A DNA stretch of 64,000 bases from an uncultured virus (IMG/VR IMGVR_UViG_3300013094_000041) (IMGVR_UViG_3300013094_000041); one strand, 5' to 3'. Positions 47,037 to 57,587 are shown, counted from the stretch's first letter. Notes: generated by a model not told the origin, from the sequence alone. Program-made: numbers and translations.

Positions 47037-49442
47037 ATGAACATTTCTCAGTTATCAGAACAGTTAAAAGACGTTCCGCAGGGTACGCTTATTGGCTATG
47101 CAAAGAATCCTAATAGCGTAGTGCCACAATTCTTGGCTTTAGCTGAGATTCAACGCCGCCAACAATTACAAGCCCCTACTGAAGCTCCTAGCTCGACTGT
47201 TGCTAATGATGTACTGACACAAGCTACCGCGCCTCAAATGCCACCTCAAATGGCACAGGGTCAACCCCAACAAATGCCTCAAGGTCAGCCACAGCAACCT
47301 CCTCAACAAGCCCAACAACTTCCAGAGAATCAGCCTGGAGTAGCTCAATTGCCAACTGGCATGGGAAAAGGATTTGCTAATGGCGGTATCGTAGCTTTTG
47401 CTAGCGGCGATCTTATTGAAGATGAAACTGACGACGATCGTGAAATGGCTCAACTATTTCCAGAGTCTAGTATGAGTATGGAAGATTTACAGGCTTTATC
47501 GCAAAAAGCTGGTTCAGGAATTCGTTCTCTTGCAAGCAATCTTCCACAATCCTATGAAGCAACTAAAGCTGCACAAAAAGCTGCTCCTAGTGATGGTTTA
47601 AGCACATTAATTTCAAGCGCGGCATCTAAACATAATGTACCAGCAGAATACTTAAATCGTATTGCTGGTATTGAAAGTAGTGGAAACCCTAATGCTGCGA
47701 ATAAATTAAGCTCATCAAAGGGTTTATTTGGTTTTACAGATAAAACATGGCAAGCTGTAGGCGGAAAACAAGGTGAGCAAACAGATCCGGAAAAGAGTGC
47801 TGATTTGGCTGCATTGCATTCCCGCCAAAATGCAGAAGGTTTAAAATCTCATTTAGGCCGTAATCCAACCTATGGCGAAACATATACAGCTCATCATTTT
47901 GGTTTATCTGGTGCAAAACATCTGCTAGGAATGGACCCAAAAACCCCAATGGAAAAAGCAGTATCTCCATTAGTTCTGAAGCAAAATCCACAGTTGCAAG
48001 GTAAAACTGTTGGTCAGGTATTGAGTAACCTATCCGGCAAAACTGGCGAAGGAATTGTTGCTCTGGCCGCTGGTGGGCATATCCCAAAATATAGTGGCAC
48101 TACTTTAGATGAAAGCTTGGTAGAAAATGTTCCAGAAGTTAATGCTGGCAACAAATTGTTATCAGATTACCTGGCAGATGAAGAAAAAAGAAATGCCCCA
48201 TATAAAGCAGATATTGCTAGAGAAAACGCACGACTGCTAGAGAAGGCTCCTGCGCCATCCACTAAAGAATTAGCTAGACAGCAGCTAGGCATTGAAGAAA
48301 CTGGAATTCCACGTTTGTTAAGCAACGCTAACAAGTCGTTGACTAGCTCTTTGGCTCAATACCAACCCAACATAAATGATGTAGCTCCAGAAGCTTCTTC
48401 TAATCAACCATCTGGAATAACTAATTACTTAAGAAGTTTAGTTAATTCAGTTAGCCAGTCTGATGGATCTCAAGTAACTCCTGCGGCTGCTGTTGCAGCT
48501 CCAAATCGTGTATCTCAAGGCGCTGTAGCTAATAGAGACCCATACAGAAGCGCTCCTGCTTCTGCAGCCCCTTCTGCCCCTGCTGTTGCGCCTCCATTAA
48601 ATGCATTTCAAGAAAATGCACCTAATACGCAAAACATGGAAGATCAAGAATCAAATAAACATGCTGTTATTCCAAGAATAGAAACTTCTGGTACAGCTCC
48701 ATTTGCACCACAAGCAGAGATTAAATCTACAACAAGTTTGTATGAAGAAGCATTGGCTAAGAGCATTGAAGATCAAGCTGCTGCACTGGCTAAACAAGGA
48801 CACATTAATGCTGCAATGTCAGTATTAAATGCTGGTTTTGGAATGATGAAATCTAGGTCTCCTTATATGCTCGGCGGAATTGGAGAAGGCGCGCAAGAAG
48901 GTGTTAGTACTTATGCTTCCCTTAAGAAACAAGAAGCAGACCAACTCAAAGACATCAACGCTATGCGTCTTGGATTATATAAATATGGAGCTGCTAAAGA
49001 TACTTCTGCTGCCAGTTTAGCGGAAACAAAACGCGGCCATGATCTTGCTTATGGGGCAAAAGGTGATGCAGGAGAATTAAGAAATATTGGCCTGTATGAA
49101 CAAGCTTATACTAAAGAAGAAAAAGCAATTGATGCTAAAGCTGCTGCTCATTTGAAATCTCTTGGATTGGAGACTTTACCCCCAGAGTTGCAACTACAGT
49201 ATGATGCTCAAAAGCAACAAGCAAAAGAGCAGTTACGTAAACTACATAACTTGCCGCCAGAGCCTACTGTACAATATAAGCCAATTACCGCAGCAATGCC
49301 AAAGTTAAATCCTACCGTTAAACAAAGGTTACCGGAATCAATGGGTGGATTGTCTGCTGCAGATATGAAGGCAATTGAATGGGCTAATAAAAACCCATAC
49401 GATCCAAAAGCATGGGAAGTTAAAAACCGTTTAGGACTATAA
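47037..49442 (+). CDS. ejection protein with a lytic transglycosylase domain
   Basis: AASKHNVP...IAGIESSGNPNA...SSKGLF.F...TW and Y.AHHFG. Confidence 0.78.
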   Translation: MNISQLSEQLKDVPQGTLIGYAKNPNSVVPQFLALAEIQRRQQLQAPTEAPSSTVANDVLTQATAPQMPPQMAQGQPQQMPQGQPQQPPQQAQQLPENQPGVAQLPTGMGKGFANGGIVAFASGDLIEDETDDDREMAQLFPESSMSMEDLQALSQKAGSGIRSLASNLPQSYEATKAAQKAAPSDGLSTLISSAASKHNVPAEYLNRIAGIESSGNPNAANKLSSSKGLFGFTDKTWQAVGGKQGEQTDPEKSADLAALHSRQNAEGLKSHLGRNPTYGETYTAHHFGLSGAKHLLGMDPKTPMEKAVSPLVLKQNPQLQGKTVGQVLSNLSGKTGEGIVALAAGGHIPKYSGTTLDESLVENVPEVNAGNKLLSDYLADEEKRNAPYKADIARENARLLEKAPAPSTKELARQQLGIEETGIPRLLSNANKSLTSSLAQYQPNINDVAPEASSNQPSGITNYLRSLVNSVSQSDGSQVTPAAAVAAPNRVSQGAVANRDPYRSAPASAAPSAPAVAPPLNAFQENAPNTQNMEDQESNKHAVIPRIETSGTAPFAPQAEIKSTTSLYEEALAKSIEDQAAALAKQGHINAAMSVLNAGFGMMKSRSPYMLGGIGEGAQEGVSTYASLKKQEADQLKDINAMRLGLYKYGAAKDTSAASLAETKRGHDLAYGAKGDAGELRNIGLYEQAYTKEEKAIDAKAAAHLKSLGLETLPPELQLQYDAQKQQAKEQLRKLHNLPPEPTVQYKPITAAMPKLNPTVKQRLPESMGGLSAADMKAIEWANKNPYDPKAWEVKNRLGL

Positions 49443-49443
49443 G

Positions 49444-52400
49444 ATGGCTTTTGATATTGATGAGTATCTTGCAGGTGGAAAACAGCCAAAAGAAACAAAA
49501 GAGCCTAAAGAACCAGAAGCAAAGCAAGCTGGATTTGATATTGATGCTTACCTGTCTGGAGCCGCTGCACCTGTAGATAATGAATCTAGCGCATTAGGCG
49601 CCTTTGGCCGCGGTGTATTACGCGGTGCTTTACCTGCTGCTGCCGGTATTGTATCTGGCGCTGCTGGTGCAGTTGCTGGCGCGCCCGCAGGACCAGTGGG
49701 TTCTATTGCTGGCGGACTTGGACTTGGTTTTGCCGGCTCTGCTGCCGCTGCTGCAGCTCAAGAAAAGTTCTTAGAAGCGCATCCTGAAGTTGCCAAAGCT
49801 TTAGGTCTAGACATTGAGTCCACAAAAAAAGACGAGGCCTATCCCTATGCCTCTATGGCTGGTGAGGTTGCACCTAATTTACTAGCATTCCGTCCTTCAG
49901 CCGCTATGTTTAAAAGCGCAAAAGGATTGGAAAAAGCCGCTGCTGAACGTTTAGCTGCTGAGAAAGCTGCTGCTATTACTAACTCAGTTTTGAATACTGG
50001 TGTTGGTGCCGGCGTTCAAGTTGGTCAAGAAGCTATGGGTGAAGAACCTATTGACTGGGGTAGAGTAGGCATCGCTGCATTAGGCGGTGCTCTAGGACAA
50101 AAAGAAACTAGTTTAGGACGAGGGTTAACCCGTATAGGGGAAATACCAGCAGGAACAGCCACTAGAGCGGCTGTAAACGCTTTACGCCGTCCAGGCGAGG
50201 CTGCCCCAGACGTAGTTCCTGAAGTCCCCCCTAAAGCCGCAGAAACGCCTGCTGGACCAGACATTGTTCCCAAGTCTGCATCACAAGATACCCAAGCCAT
50301 GTTGGATATGATTCCACAACCTGGCGAAGCTGCTGTAGTACCTCCAGTAAAATATGATCCTCAAGAGCTTATTCAAAAAGCACAAAACGATTTTAAAGGT
50401 GTAGTAACAACTAACAATGAGCAAACAGCTAAAGATATTTCTTCTAATTTAGGGCAAGAAGCTGCTGATATTTATTTGAATGAATTAAATCGCTTACATC
50501 AAGATGCTCTTGCAAAGCGAACAAAAGGAAATGTAGTTTCACCTGAAGTAGCACCTATTCCAGAAGGTCCTGCAATTAGGCCGTCTGATAAGGACGCAAC
50601 CAACATTCCTAAGTTTGAACCTATTACTGATCCTGTTAATACACTGACAGCTAAAGAAGAGCCGCCAGTTGTAAAGTCTAAGACTGAACCACTCAAGCCT
50701 GTTGAGCTGGCAGAGCGCATTCAAAATCCTGATGTTCAGGAAAGCCTTAAGCGTTATGCACAAGAAGCTGGTTGGGCGCAAAAGGGTGGCGGCATTCTTA
50801 GGGAAGTGGCCGATGATTACAGCTCTCCCGTGGTTGGACGCACTACATGGATTCCAAACAAAGCATGGTGGTCTGATCGTCCTGTTACTTTAAAAGGTGA
50901 CATGAATGGTGAAGCTACTAGACGCGCTATCAATAAAGCATATCGTGGTGAAAAGCTAACTGCCGATGAGCGCAGAATGGTTGATTTCTTAATCAAGCTG
51001 CACGACAACGATATGGTTGAAGGCGATATTATCCGCGCTGAAATGGAAGCTAAAGATAAAGAAATTGCTGATTTTCAAAAGCAATTCCAAACTCAAGAAA
51101 CTCCAGAACAAGTTCAAGCTAGAACTACTGAAGAGCAAGCGCGGATTAAAGCGCAAGAAGATGAAGCTGTTCAAGCTGAAATGGATGCACTTGCTGAAAA
51201 GTCTCGCAAAGAGATTGCACAGCGCAGCCAAGAGCAAGCCGGAAACTTTGAGCTAGGCCAGACTCCAGAAGAGTCATTGACAGGTCAACGTAGACTTGGC
51301 GCCCAAGATGAAGACATTCCTTTTGACTTCCAAAAAGAAACTGCACAAGCAACTCCAGAACAAGTAGAAAAAGCACAATCAGTTATCAAACGTTTGCCTG
51401 GGGCTGATATGGCTTGGCAAGAAGGTGACCTTGGGCTTATCAAAGGTTATGGCGAAAAAACTGGCAATGTTATTTATACGCCGTATAAAAACGGCACTGG
51501 ATGGCAATACGCCGTAGAAAAGTTAAGCGAATCCGACTTTAAGAAAATGGGATTCACACCAGCAGAACGTCAGCGTTTATTAGATGTTCGCGAAAGATTA
51601 GAAAAACAAGCTGAAGATTTGCATGCTAAAAAGCCATTTTTGAAGTTTGAAAAAGATGTGCAGTTTTCTCCAGACATTCCTGCAAACCTACAAAAGGTAG
51701 CAGAGAACTGGACAAAATTGCTAGGCATTAAGCAAAAGATTTACTTTACAACTTTAGAGCATGCTGCTGCAAATAAAGAAGAGTTTACTGGACCGCATCG
51801 TAAGATTGGTTCTGCAGCATCTGGACCGGATGACGGCGGATTTACTGTGGTATTAGCTGATGGCAATAGAGTTATCGCATTTAAGAAAAGTCCAAGTGTC
51901 ATTAAAACCCTTGAAACGATTGCTCATGAGCTTGGCCACACTCATATGTATGAAGTGTTTGATAAAGCTCCGCCAGAGGTTAGACAAGCATTATTTGACG
52001 AACATGCAAAGTGGCTTAAGACTCTTACCAAAACAACTCCAGCAAAAGATATTGTTAATACATTACGCGCTAGAAAGTCTGCTAAAACGACAGTTATGCC
52101 AGAAGGACTTGAAGCAAGAAATTTAAAAGGTGTAGATGATTATTGGACGACCTTTAAAGAATGGTACGCAGATCAAACTGCAAAGTGGGCAACCACTAAC
52201 GAAAAACCACTGACTGTAGTTGAAAAGTTTTTTAGCAAACTTGGAAAGTCTCTTAAATCTTTCTATTCCAAACTTAAAAATTCCGGTTATTTGCCTACTG
52301 AAACGTTTAAAAAGTATATTGATAGCCAAACCGCTAAGCTAGATTTAGAGCCGGTTGCTGAAAGGCAGGCAAGGATTCCGTCCGAAGCCGAGCAAATGAA

Positions 52401-55248
52401 GTTATTTAGTAAAGAAACAGCCGAAGCTGCCCCTGAGAAAGTTCCTGCATCCGCTAAGAACGTATTATCAGGTGTTAATAAAAAGAACGTTAACTGGTGG
52501 AAAAAAGCATTCCCAGGGGTTGATATTGAGGGCATGCCAAAGACTACTGAGTCTAGCTATGATGTTGCTCCCAATACCTGGATACAAGAAAATATTATTC
52601 GTAAGTTTCAAGACAAGCATATTGACTTAAAGCGCACTGTCGCTGCAATCAAAAACAAGTTTGGTGAAATCTCAGAGCGCTGGAACCCATACGAAAAAGA
52701 GGGCCTATGGAAAAGCGATGCTGCGAACCAATTCGGAGAGTTTAACGATAAAGATCTGAAGCCATTAGCTAAAAAGATAGATGATCTTAATCTCACTACT
52801 AAAGAAGTTACAGACTACCTGCATAACAAACATGCAGAAAGACGTAATAACCAGATGAACAAGATTAATCCAGATGTTATTGATGCTGATGGAACGGTTC
52901 ATGAATACCCACTAAAGAACAGGGGTTCTGGTATCCATACTGAAGATGCTCAAACATACCTTGATAGCTTGCCGAAAGACAAAAAAACAGCCCTAGAAGA
53001 TGTTGCAAAAGATGTTTACAAGATAGTTAAAGAAACGCAAGAGCTTCTAGTTAGGTCTGGTCAGAAAACGCAAAAAGAAATTGATGCTTGGCGTGAGACA
53101 TATGGAGACGAATACGTTCCATTGCAGCGAGATATGGAAGAAGAGTTTATGCGGAACCCTTCTGGTGGCAGTAGCATGGCTGCTAAAAATATCTTTGAAA
53201 AACGCGCTATGGGTTCTGAGCGTGACGTATTAGATATTTTAAATAGTGTTGTTAGGCAGCGTGAGATTGCTATCGAAAATTCAGCAAAGATGAAGGTTGA
53301 TCATGCTTTATTTGGTATGTTCTTAAAGTATCCAAACCCAGACCTTGCTCTTCCAGTAAGCCCTAAAGCCATGAAGAATCCTGAGCTGCTCGCAAGAGAG
53401 CTAGATGCGATGGGATTAAATGGCCAAGACATTGTTGGTATGATGCAGGAAAGACAAACTCGTACTCTGACAAAAAATAAAAATACAGGGCTTGATGAGG
53501 TAGTTTATAAAACCAATCCATTAGAGCGCTACAAAGACAATGTATTACCTATTCGTATGAATGGTGAAGATAGCTATCTTTTCTTCAATGCTAAAAATCC
53601 AGTATCTGCAAATATGGTTAAGGCTTTTCGCGGTATGGATACTCCTACGATTGGATTGTTTGGGCAGCAAGTTGGTAAAGTTACTCAATGGATGGCTAAA
53701 GTCAATACTCAATGGAACCCTGTATTTGGTGCATTGAACTTTACGCGTGACTTTGGTTCGGCTATGGCTAACCTTTCTAGTACTGAACTCACTGGTCAGC
53801 AAGCTAAAATTGCTGGCGGTATTAAATCTGCTATGGGTACGATTTGGCACACTATGCGTACTGGTGATTTTTCTGATACCCCAATGGGTAAACTATACAA
53901 AGAGTTTAGGGAAAATGGCGGACAAACTTTATATCGTGAGCAGCTTTCAAGGCGCGCAGATCAAGAAAATGTTATCAATGAACACATTAGAAAGCTTAAT
54001 AGCAATGTGGCAAAGAAAACAGCCAGCAGTTTCTTTAAAGGTCTATCAGACTTTAACGACTCCATTGAGAATGCTATTCGTTTATCGGCATATAAGGCTG
54101 CCAAAGAAAAAGGGCTGTCACCACAAAAGTCAGCAACCATTGCTAAAGAGTTGACGGTAAACTTTGACCGTAAGGGTGCTTATGGCCAGGCAGTAAACAA
54201 TTACTTTGCCTTCTTTAATGCATCTGCTCAAGGTATTGCTCGCATGGGTCAGACCCTCAAAGGTCCTGCTGGCAAAAAAATTATAATGGGCGGTATCGGT
54301 TTAGGCGCGCTTCAGGCTGGAATGATGGAGATGGCTGGCTTTGGAGATAATGATCCACCAGAGTTTGTGAAGTCTAGAAACTTTATTATTCCTACACCAG
54401 ACGGCAAGTACTTAGCTATTCCTTATCCATTAGGTCTGCACTTTCTACCAAATATGGGCCGCATTGCAGTTGAAACCGGTTTGCACGGCGACTTTAACAA
54501 ACATGCTGGTAATATGGCTGCTGTTATCGCCGACTCATTTAACCCATTAGGCGGTGGCGACTTGTCACTACAAACCATTACTCCTACAGCTTTAGATCCT
54601 GCAGTAGCTCTAGCGACCAATAAGGACCCATTCGGAAGACCAATTGCTAAGTTGGACCGTGCTACATCTCCATCCACTGGATTAAGTCGTTCACGAGATC
54701 AGTCTAGCGAAATTAATAAACATGTCGCAGAAGCCATTAACTATATTACCGGAGGAACAGAAGATACCAAAGGCTTCCTCAGTCCAACAGCAGACCAATT
54801 AGATTACCTAGTAGGTCAAGCTACTGGTGGTGCAGGTAGGGAGGCTATGAAGGTTAGCAAGGCTGTTACAGCGGTTGCTGAAGGCAAAACAGAAGACCTA
54901 GCTTCTTATGACATTCCTTTGGCTGGAAGGTTCTATGGTGATACCCAGTCTCCTGCTGCCAACTCGCAGCATTTTTATGACAATGTAACTAAGATGGCGG
55001 AGCATGAAGCCACCATCAAGGGTATGCGCGAGCGAAAAGAAAACGTTGCTGAATATCTACGTGATAATCCAGATGCTCGTTTATGGCAGCAAGCCAATAA
55101 TGCTGAGAATCAAATATCTGCAATAAATAAACAACAGAAGCAAATGCGCAAACTTGGGCGTGATGAAGATAGTATTAAAGCACTAGATAATCGCAAGCAA
55201 CAGATCATGACTAGATTAAATGAACGTATTAAAGCAACACAAGAGTAA
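49444..55248 (+). CDS. large polyvalent virion protein (zincin-like HExxH domain, LPD38-like C-terminus)
   Basis: TIAHELGH...EWYAD. C-terminal AKELTVNFDRKG..FFNAS.QG and N.DPFGRPI. Confidence 0.75.
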   Translation: MAFDIDEYLAGGKQPKETKEPKEPEAKQAGFDIDAYLSGAAAPVDNESSALGAFGRGVLRGALPAAAGIVSGAAGAVAGAPAGPVGSIAGGLGLGFAGSAAAAAAQEKFLEAHPEVAKALGLDIESTKKDEAYPYASMAGEVAPNLLAFRPSAAMFKSAKGLEKAAAERLAAEKAAAITNSVLNTGVGAGVQVGQEAMGEEPIDWGRVGIAALGGALGQKETSLGRGLTRIGEIPAGTATRAAVNALRRPGEAAPDVVPEVPPKAAETPAGPDIVPKSASQDTQAMLDMIPQPGEAAVVPPVKYDPQELIQKAQNDFKGVVTTNNEQTAKDISSNLGQEAADIYLNELNRLHQDALAKRTKGNVVSPEVAPIPEGPAIRPSDKDATNIPKFEPITDPVNTLTAKEEPPVVKSKTEPLKPVELAERIQNPDVQESLKRYAQEAGWAQKGGGILREVADDYSSPVVGRTTWIPNKAWWSDRPVTLKGDMNGEATRRAINKAYRGEKLTADERRMVDFLIKLHDNDMVEGDIIRAEMEAKDKEIADFQKQFQTQETPEQVQARTTEEQARIKAQEDEAVQAEMDALAEKSRKEIAQRSQEQAGNFELGQTPEESLTGQRRLGAQDEDIPFDFQKETAQATPEQVEKAQSVIKRLPGADMAWQEGDLGLIKGYGEKTGNVIYTPYKNGTGWQYAVEKLSESDFKKMGFTPAERQRLLDVRERLEKQAEDLHAKKPFLKFEKDVQFSPDIPANLQKVAENWTKLLGIKQKIYFTTLEHAAANKEEFTGPHRKIGSAASGPDDGGFTVVLADGNRVIAFKKSPSVIKTLETIAHELGHTHMYEVFDKAPPEVRQALFDEHAKWLKTLTKTTPAKDIVNTLRARKSAKTTVMPEGLEARNLKGVDDYWTTFKEWYADQTAKWATTNEKPLTVVEKFFSKLGKSLKSFYSKLKNSGYLPTETFKKYIDSQTAKLDLEPVAERQARIPSEAEQMKLFSKETAEAAPEKVPASAKNVLSGVNKKNVNWWKKAFPGVDIEGMPKTTESSYDVAPNTWIQENIIRKFQDKHIDLKRTVAAIKNKFGEISERWNPYEKEGLWKSDAANQFGEFNDKDLKPLAKKIDDLNLTTKEVTDYLHNKHAERRNNQMNKINPDVIDADGTVHEYPLKNRGSGIHTEDAQTYLDSLPKDKKTALEDVAKDVYKIVKETQELLVRSGQKTQKEIDAWRETYGDEYVPLQRDMEEEFMRNPSGGSSMAAKNIFEKRAMGSERDVLDILNSVVRQREIAIENSAKMKVDHALFGMFLKYPNPDLALPVSPKAMKNPELLARELDAMGLNGQDIVGMMQERQTRTLTKNKNTGLDEVVYKTNPLERYKDNVLPIRMNGEDSYLFFNAKNPVSANMVKAFRGMDTPTIGLFGQQVGKVTQWMAKVNTQWNPVFGALNFTRDFGSAMANLSSTELTGQQAKIAGGIKSAMGTIWHTMRTGDFSDTPMGKLYKEFRENGGQTLYREQLSRRADQENVINEHIRKLNSNVAKKTASSFFKGLSDFNDSIENAIRLSAYKAAKEKGLSPQKSATIAKELTVNFDRKGAYGQAVNNYFAFFNASAQGIARMGQTLKGPAGKKIIMGGIGLGALQAGMMEMAGFGDNDPPEFVKSRNFIIPTPDGKYLAIPYPLGLHFLPNMGRIAVETGLHGDFNKHAGNMAAVIADSFNPLGGGDLSLQTITPTALDPAVALATNKDPFGRPIAKLDRATSPSTGLSRSRDQSSEINKHVAEAINYITGGTEDTKGFLSPTADQLDYLVGQATGGAGREAMKVSKAVTAVAEGKTEDLASYDIPLAGRFYGDTQSPAANSQHFYDNVTKMAEHEATIKGMRERKENVAEYLRDNPDARLWQQANNAENQISAINKQQKQMRKLGRDEDSIKALDNRKQQIMTRLNERIKATQE

Positions 55249-55335
55249 GTGATTTCCCTTATAAATCAATTAAATGTAGTGCATTCTTAAAATACTTATG
55301 GTAAAAACCTTTTAACCATAAGAGAGGAACGGTAT

Positions 55336-56298
55336 ATGCAAAGCTATTACTTAACGGACGATCAATTTATATCAGAGTGGAAAAAAATAGGCAGTCCACA
55401 GAAATTTGCTGCGAAACATAAAATGGCAGTTCGCTCTGTTTATAACAGACGCCGAGGAATAGAATTAAGGTATGGAATGGATCTTCCTAGCGTTAATGAT
55501 GCTAGATATTCTCCATTAAAGAAACTCCAGCAAACTCCAGGTCATGCTCGCCGCGGTATCGATATGGAAAAGGGTCGAATAGTGGTCTTCTCAGATGCTC
55601 ACTTCTGGCCCGGAGATTACACTACCGCATACAAAGCTTTATTGCTGATCATCAAGACATTCAAGCCTCAAGTCGTGGTGGCCAATGGAGATATATTTGA
55701 CGGCTCTCAGGCGTCCCGACATGCTCGGATAGGCTGGGAGAATACTCCTACCGTTAAAGAGGAGCTAGAAGCCTGTAAAGAGTTCATGGAAGGCATTGAG
55801 AAGGCAGCCGTAGGTGCTGAACTCATATGGACGTTGGGTAATCATGATGCGCGTTTTGAGACATTTCTGTCGGCACAAACTGGAATGTACGAAGGAGTAT
55901 CAGGGTTTACCCTTAAAGACCATTTTCCACTATGGAAACCATGTTGGTCATTTTGGGTCAATGAAGACACTTGTATTAAGCATCGCTGGAAAGGTGGTTT
56001 TGGAGGTGGCCGCGCTAATGCCCTTAATTCGGGCGTAAACATGGTTACAGGACACACACACAATTTGGCAGTGCAACCCCTTACCGATTACAATGGAACG
56101 CGCTATGGCGTCCAAACAGGCTGTCTTGCTGATCCTAATGGAGAACAATTTTTAGCGTATACTGAGGATAGTCCAAAGGACTGGCGCTCAGGGTTTACCC
56201 TACTATCTTGGGAAGAGGGAAGATTAATGCTTCCTGAGCTAATTCAAGTATGCGGGGAAAATTCTTTTGAATTCAGGGGCTGTATAAATAGATGCTAA
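55336..56298 (+). CDS. calcineurin-like metallophosphoesterase
   Basis: SDAH, NGDIFD, GNHD and GHTH motifs. Confidence 0.88.
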   Translation: MQSYYLTDDQFISEWKKIGSPQKFAAKHKMAVRSVYNRRRGIELRYGMDLPSVNDARYSPLKKLQQTPGHARRGIDMEKGRIVVFSDAHFWPGDYTTAYKALLLIIKTFKPQVVVANGDIFDGSQASRHARIGWENTPTVKEELEACKEFMEGIEKAAVGAELIWTLGNHDARFETFLSAQTGMYEGVSGFTLKDHFPLWKPCWSFWVNEDTCIKHRWKGGFGGGRANALNSGVNMVTGHTHNLAVQPLTDYNGTRYGVQTGCLADPNGEQFLAYTEDSPKDWRSGFTLLSWEEGRLMLPELIQVCGENSFEFRGCINRC

Positions 56299-56852
56299 CC
56301 AAGTATTGCTACAAGTGCAAAGAAAGCAAGCCAGTCGAGTCTTTTGGTAAAAACAAAAGCAAACACGACGGCTTGTCTACTGAGTGCCGTCCATGCAAAC
56401 GTCAGGGTGATAAGCAATATTACATAGATAATTCAGAGAAGATAAAGCAAACGGTTGCCAAATATCGTGCAGAAAACCCCGAAAAAGTTAGCCAAGTAAA
56501 GCATGAGTGGTACGAACGACACCAAAATCATGTGCATACAAAATCGCAATCTTGGCGCAAATCCAATTTAAACAGTTATTATCAATCCCAAAAAAAGTAT
56601 AACTCCTTAAACAAAGGAAAAAGAAATGCTTTGCTAGCAAAATATAGGGCTACAAAGCTTCAAGCCACTCCACCTTGGTTTGAAAAAGATTTAGTAGAAA
56701 CTGTATATATTAAGGCTAAAGAATGGGGCTTTGCTGTTGATCATGTCGTACCTTTGCAAGGCGAAAACGTATGCGGGCTTCACTGTTGGGCTAACCTTCA
56801 ACTATTAGATCCGTTGCTGAATTCAAGCAAAGGCAATAGATACGATATATGA
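56292..56852 (+). mobile_element. HNH homing endonuclease
   Basis: KYCYKC zinc finger and ATPPW...VDHVVPLQGENVCGLHC..NLQ...N..KGN. Confidence 0.88.
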
Positions 56853-57196
56853 AGCTTTCTCCAGCCATTATCCGCAATCTGTATAGTGCAATTTATTGCA
56901 TGGCACCATTCAATAGATGGCCAATGCCGTTGCCAGAAGAGATTAAATTTGTAGTAGATTCAGATCCAGAGACTATGGGAACCTATCTATACGACGATGG
57001 TGAAGAATACGAACATATCATTACTATTTCGGATAAAAAATGCGGGCATTTATCGACAGTGATCCGCGTATTAATCCATGAATGTGTTCATATGAGCAGA
57101 TGGAAAACTATTAAATGGAGCCATCACGATGCTGAGTTCAGGCGGCGCACTAAAGTTATTTCAGATGATCTAGGGTTTGATCCACTAGAGTTGTAG
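56849..57196 (+). CDS. SprT-like zinc metallopeptidase
   Basis: LIHECVH...H...F motif. Confidence 0.7.
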   Translation: MKLSPAIIRNLYSAIYCMAPFNRWPMPLPEEIKFVVDSDPETMGTYLYDDGEEYEHIITISDKKCGHLSTVIRVLIHECVHMSRWKTIKWSHHDAEFRRRTKVISDDLGFDPLEL

Positions 57197-57281
57197 TACA
57201 CTAAATTTGAGAGGTGGACGGAAACAATCCCAACACCTTTAAACACTAAGTACGACGATTAGTTCAAATCCCCTCTCATTT

Positions 57282-57587
57282 TCATTTAAAGAGTCTAGAA
57301 GCTTCATCCTTCTTGTGTAATAGGTTGGCCGTGGCCTCCAGTAATTCAAGTTGGGTAATGGCATAAGTTTTCTCAAACTGCTTAGCTCCAAGTCCGTGAA
57401 CACCGGTATTGCCGCGATGGTGTTCTGGGCATAGTCCGATGACTGGAGCATTGTCTCTTTTACCTCCATACCGACGTATATGGTGTATCTCACAGGGGGT
57501 TTCCCCATAGCCAAGATGTTTGCAAAGTATGCAGCCGAGGTCTGCAACACGCGCAAAATGTTTTCTTTCATCCTTACTTGACATCAA
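57282..57587 (-). CDS. Ref-like (recombination enhancement) HNH nuclease
   Basis: GCILC...EIHHIR...IGLCPEHH.G..GVH. Confidence 0.75.
   Translation of the reverse strand: MMSSKDERKHFARVADLGCILCKHLGYGETPCEIHHIRRYGGKRDNAPVIGLCPEHHRGNTGVHGLGAKQFEKTYAITQLELLEATANLLHKKDEASRLFK

Noticed and set aside
13060..57200. TGTAGT hexamer near several promoters as a regulator site
   Set aside because: Too short and too few copies to distinguish from chance by eye.
57208..57278. tRNA gene
   Set aside because: Has GTTCAAATC and the right length, but no T-stem, D-arm or anticodon arm can be formed.
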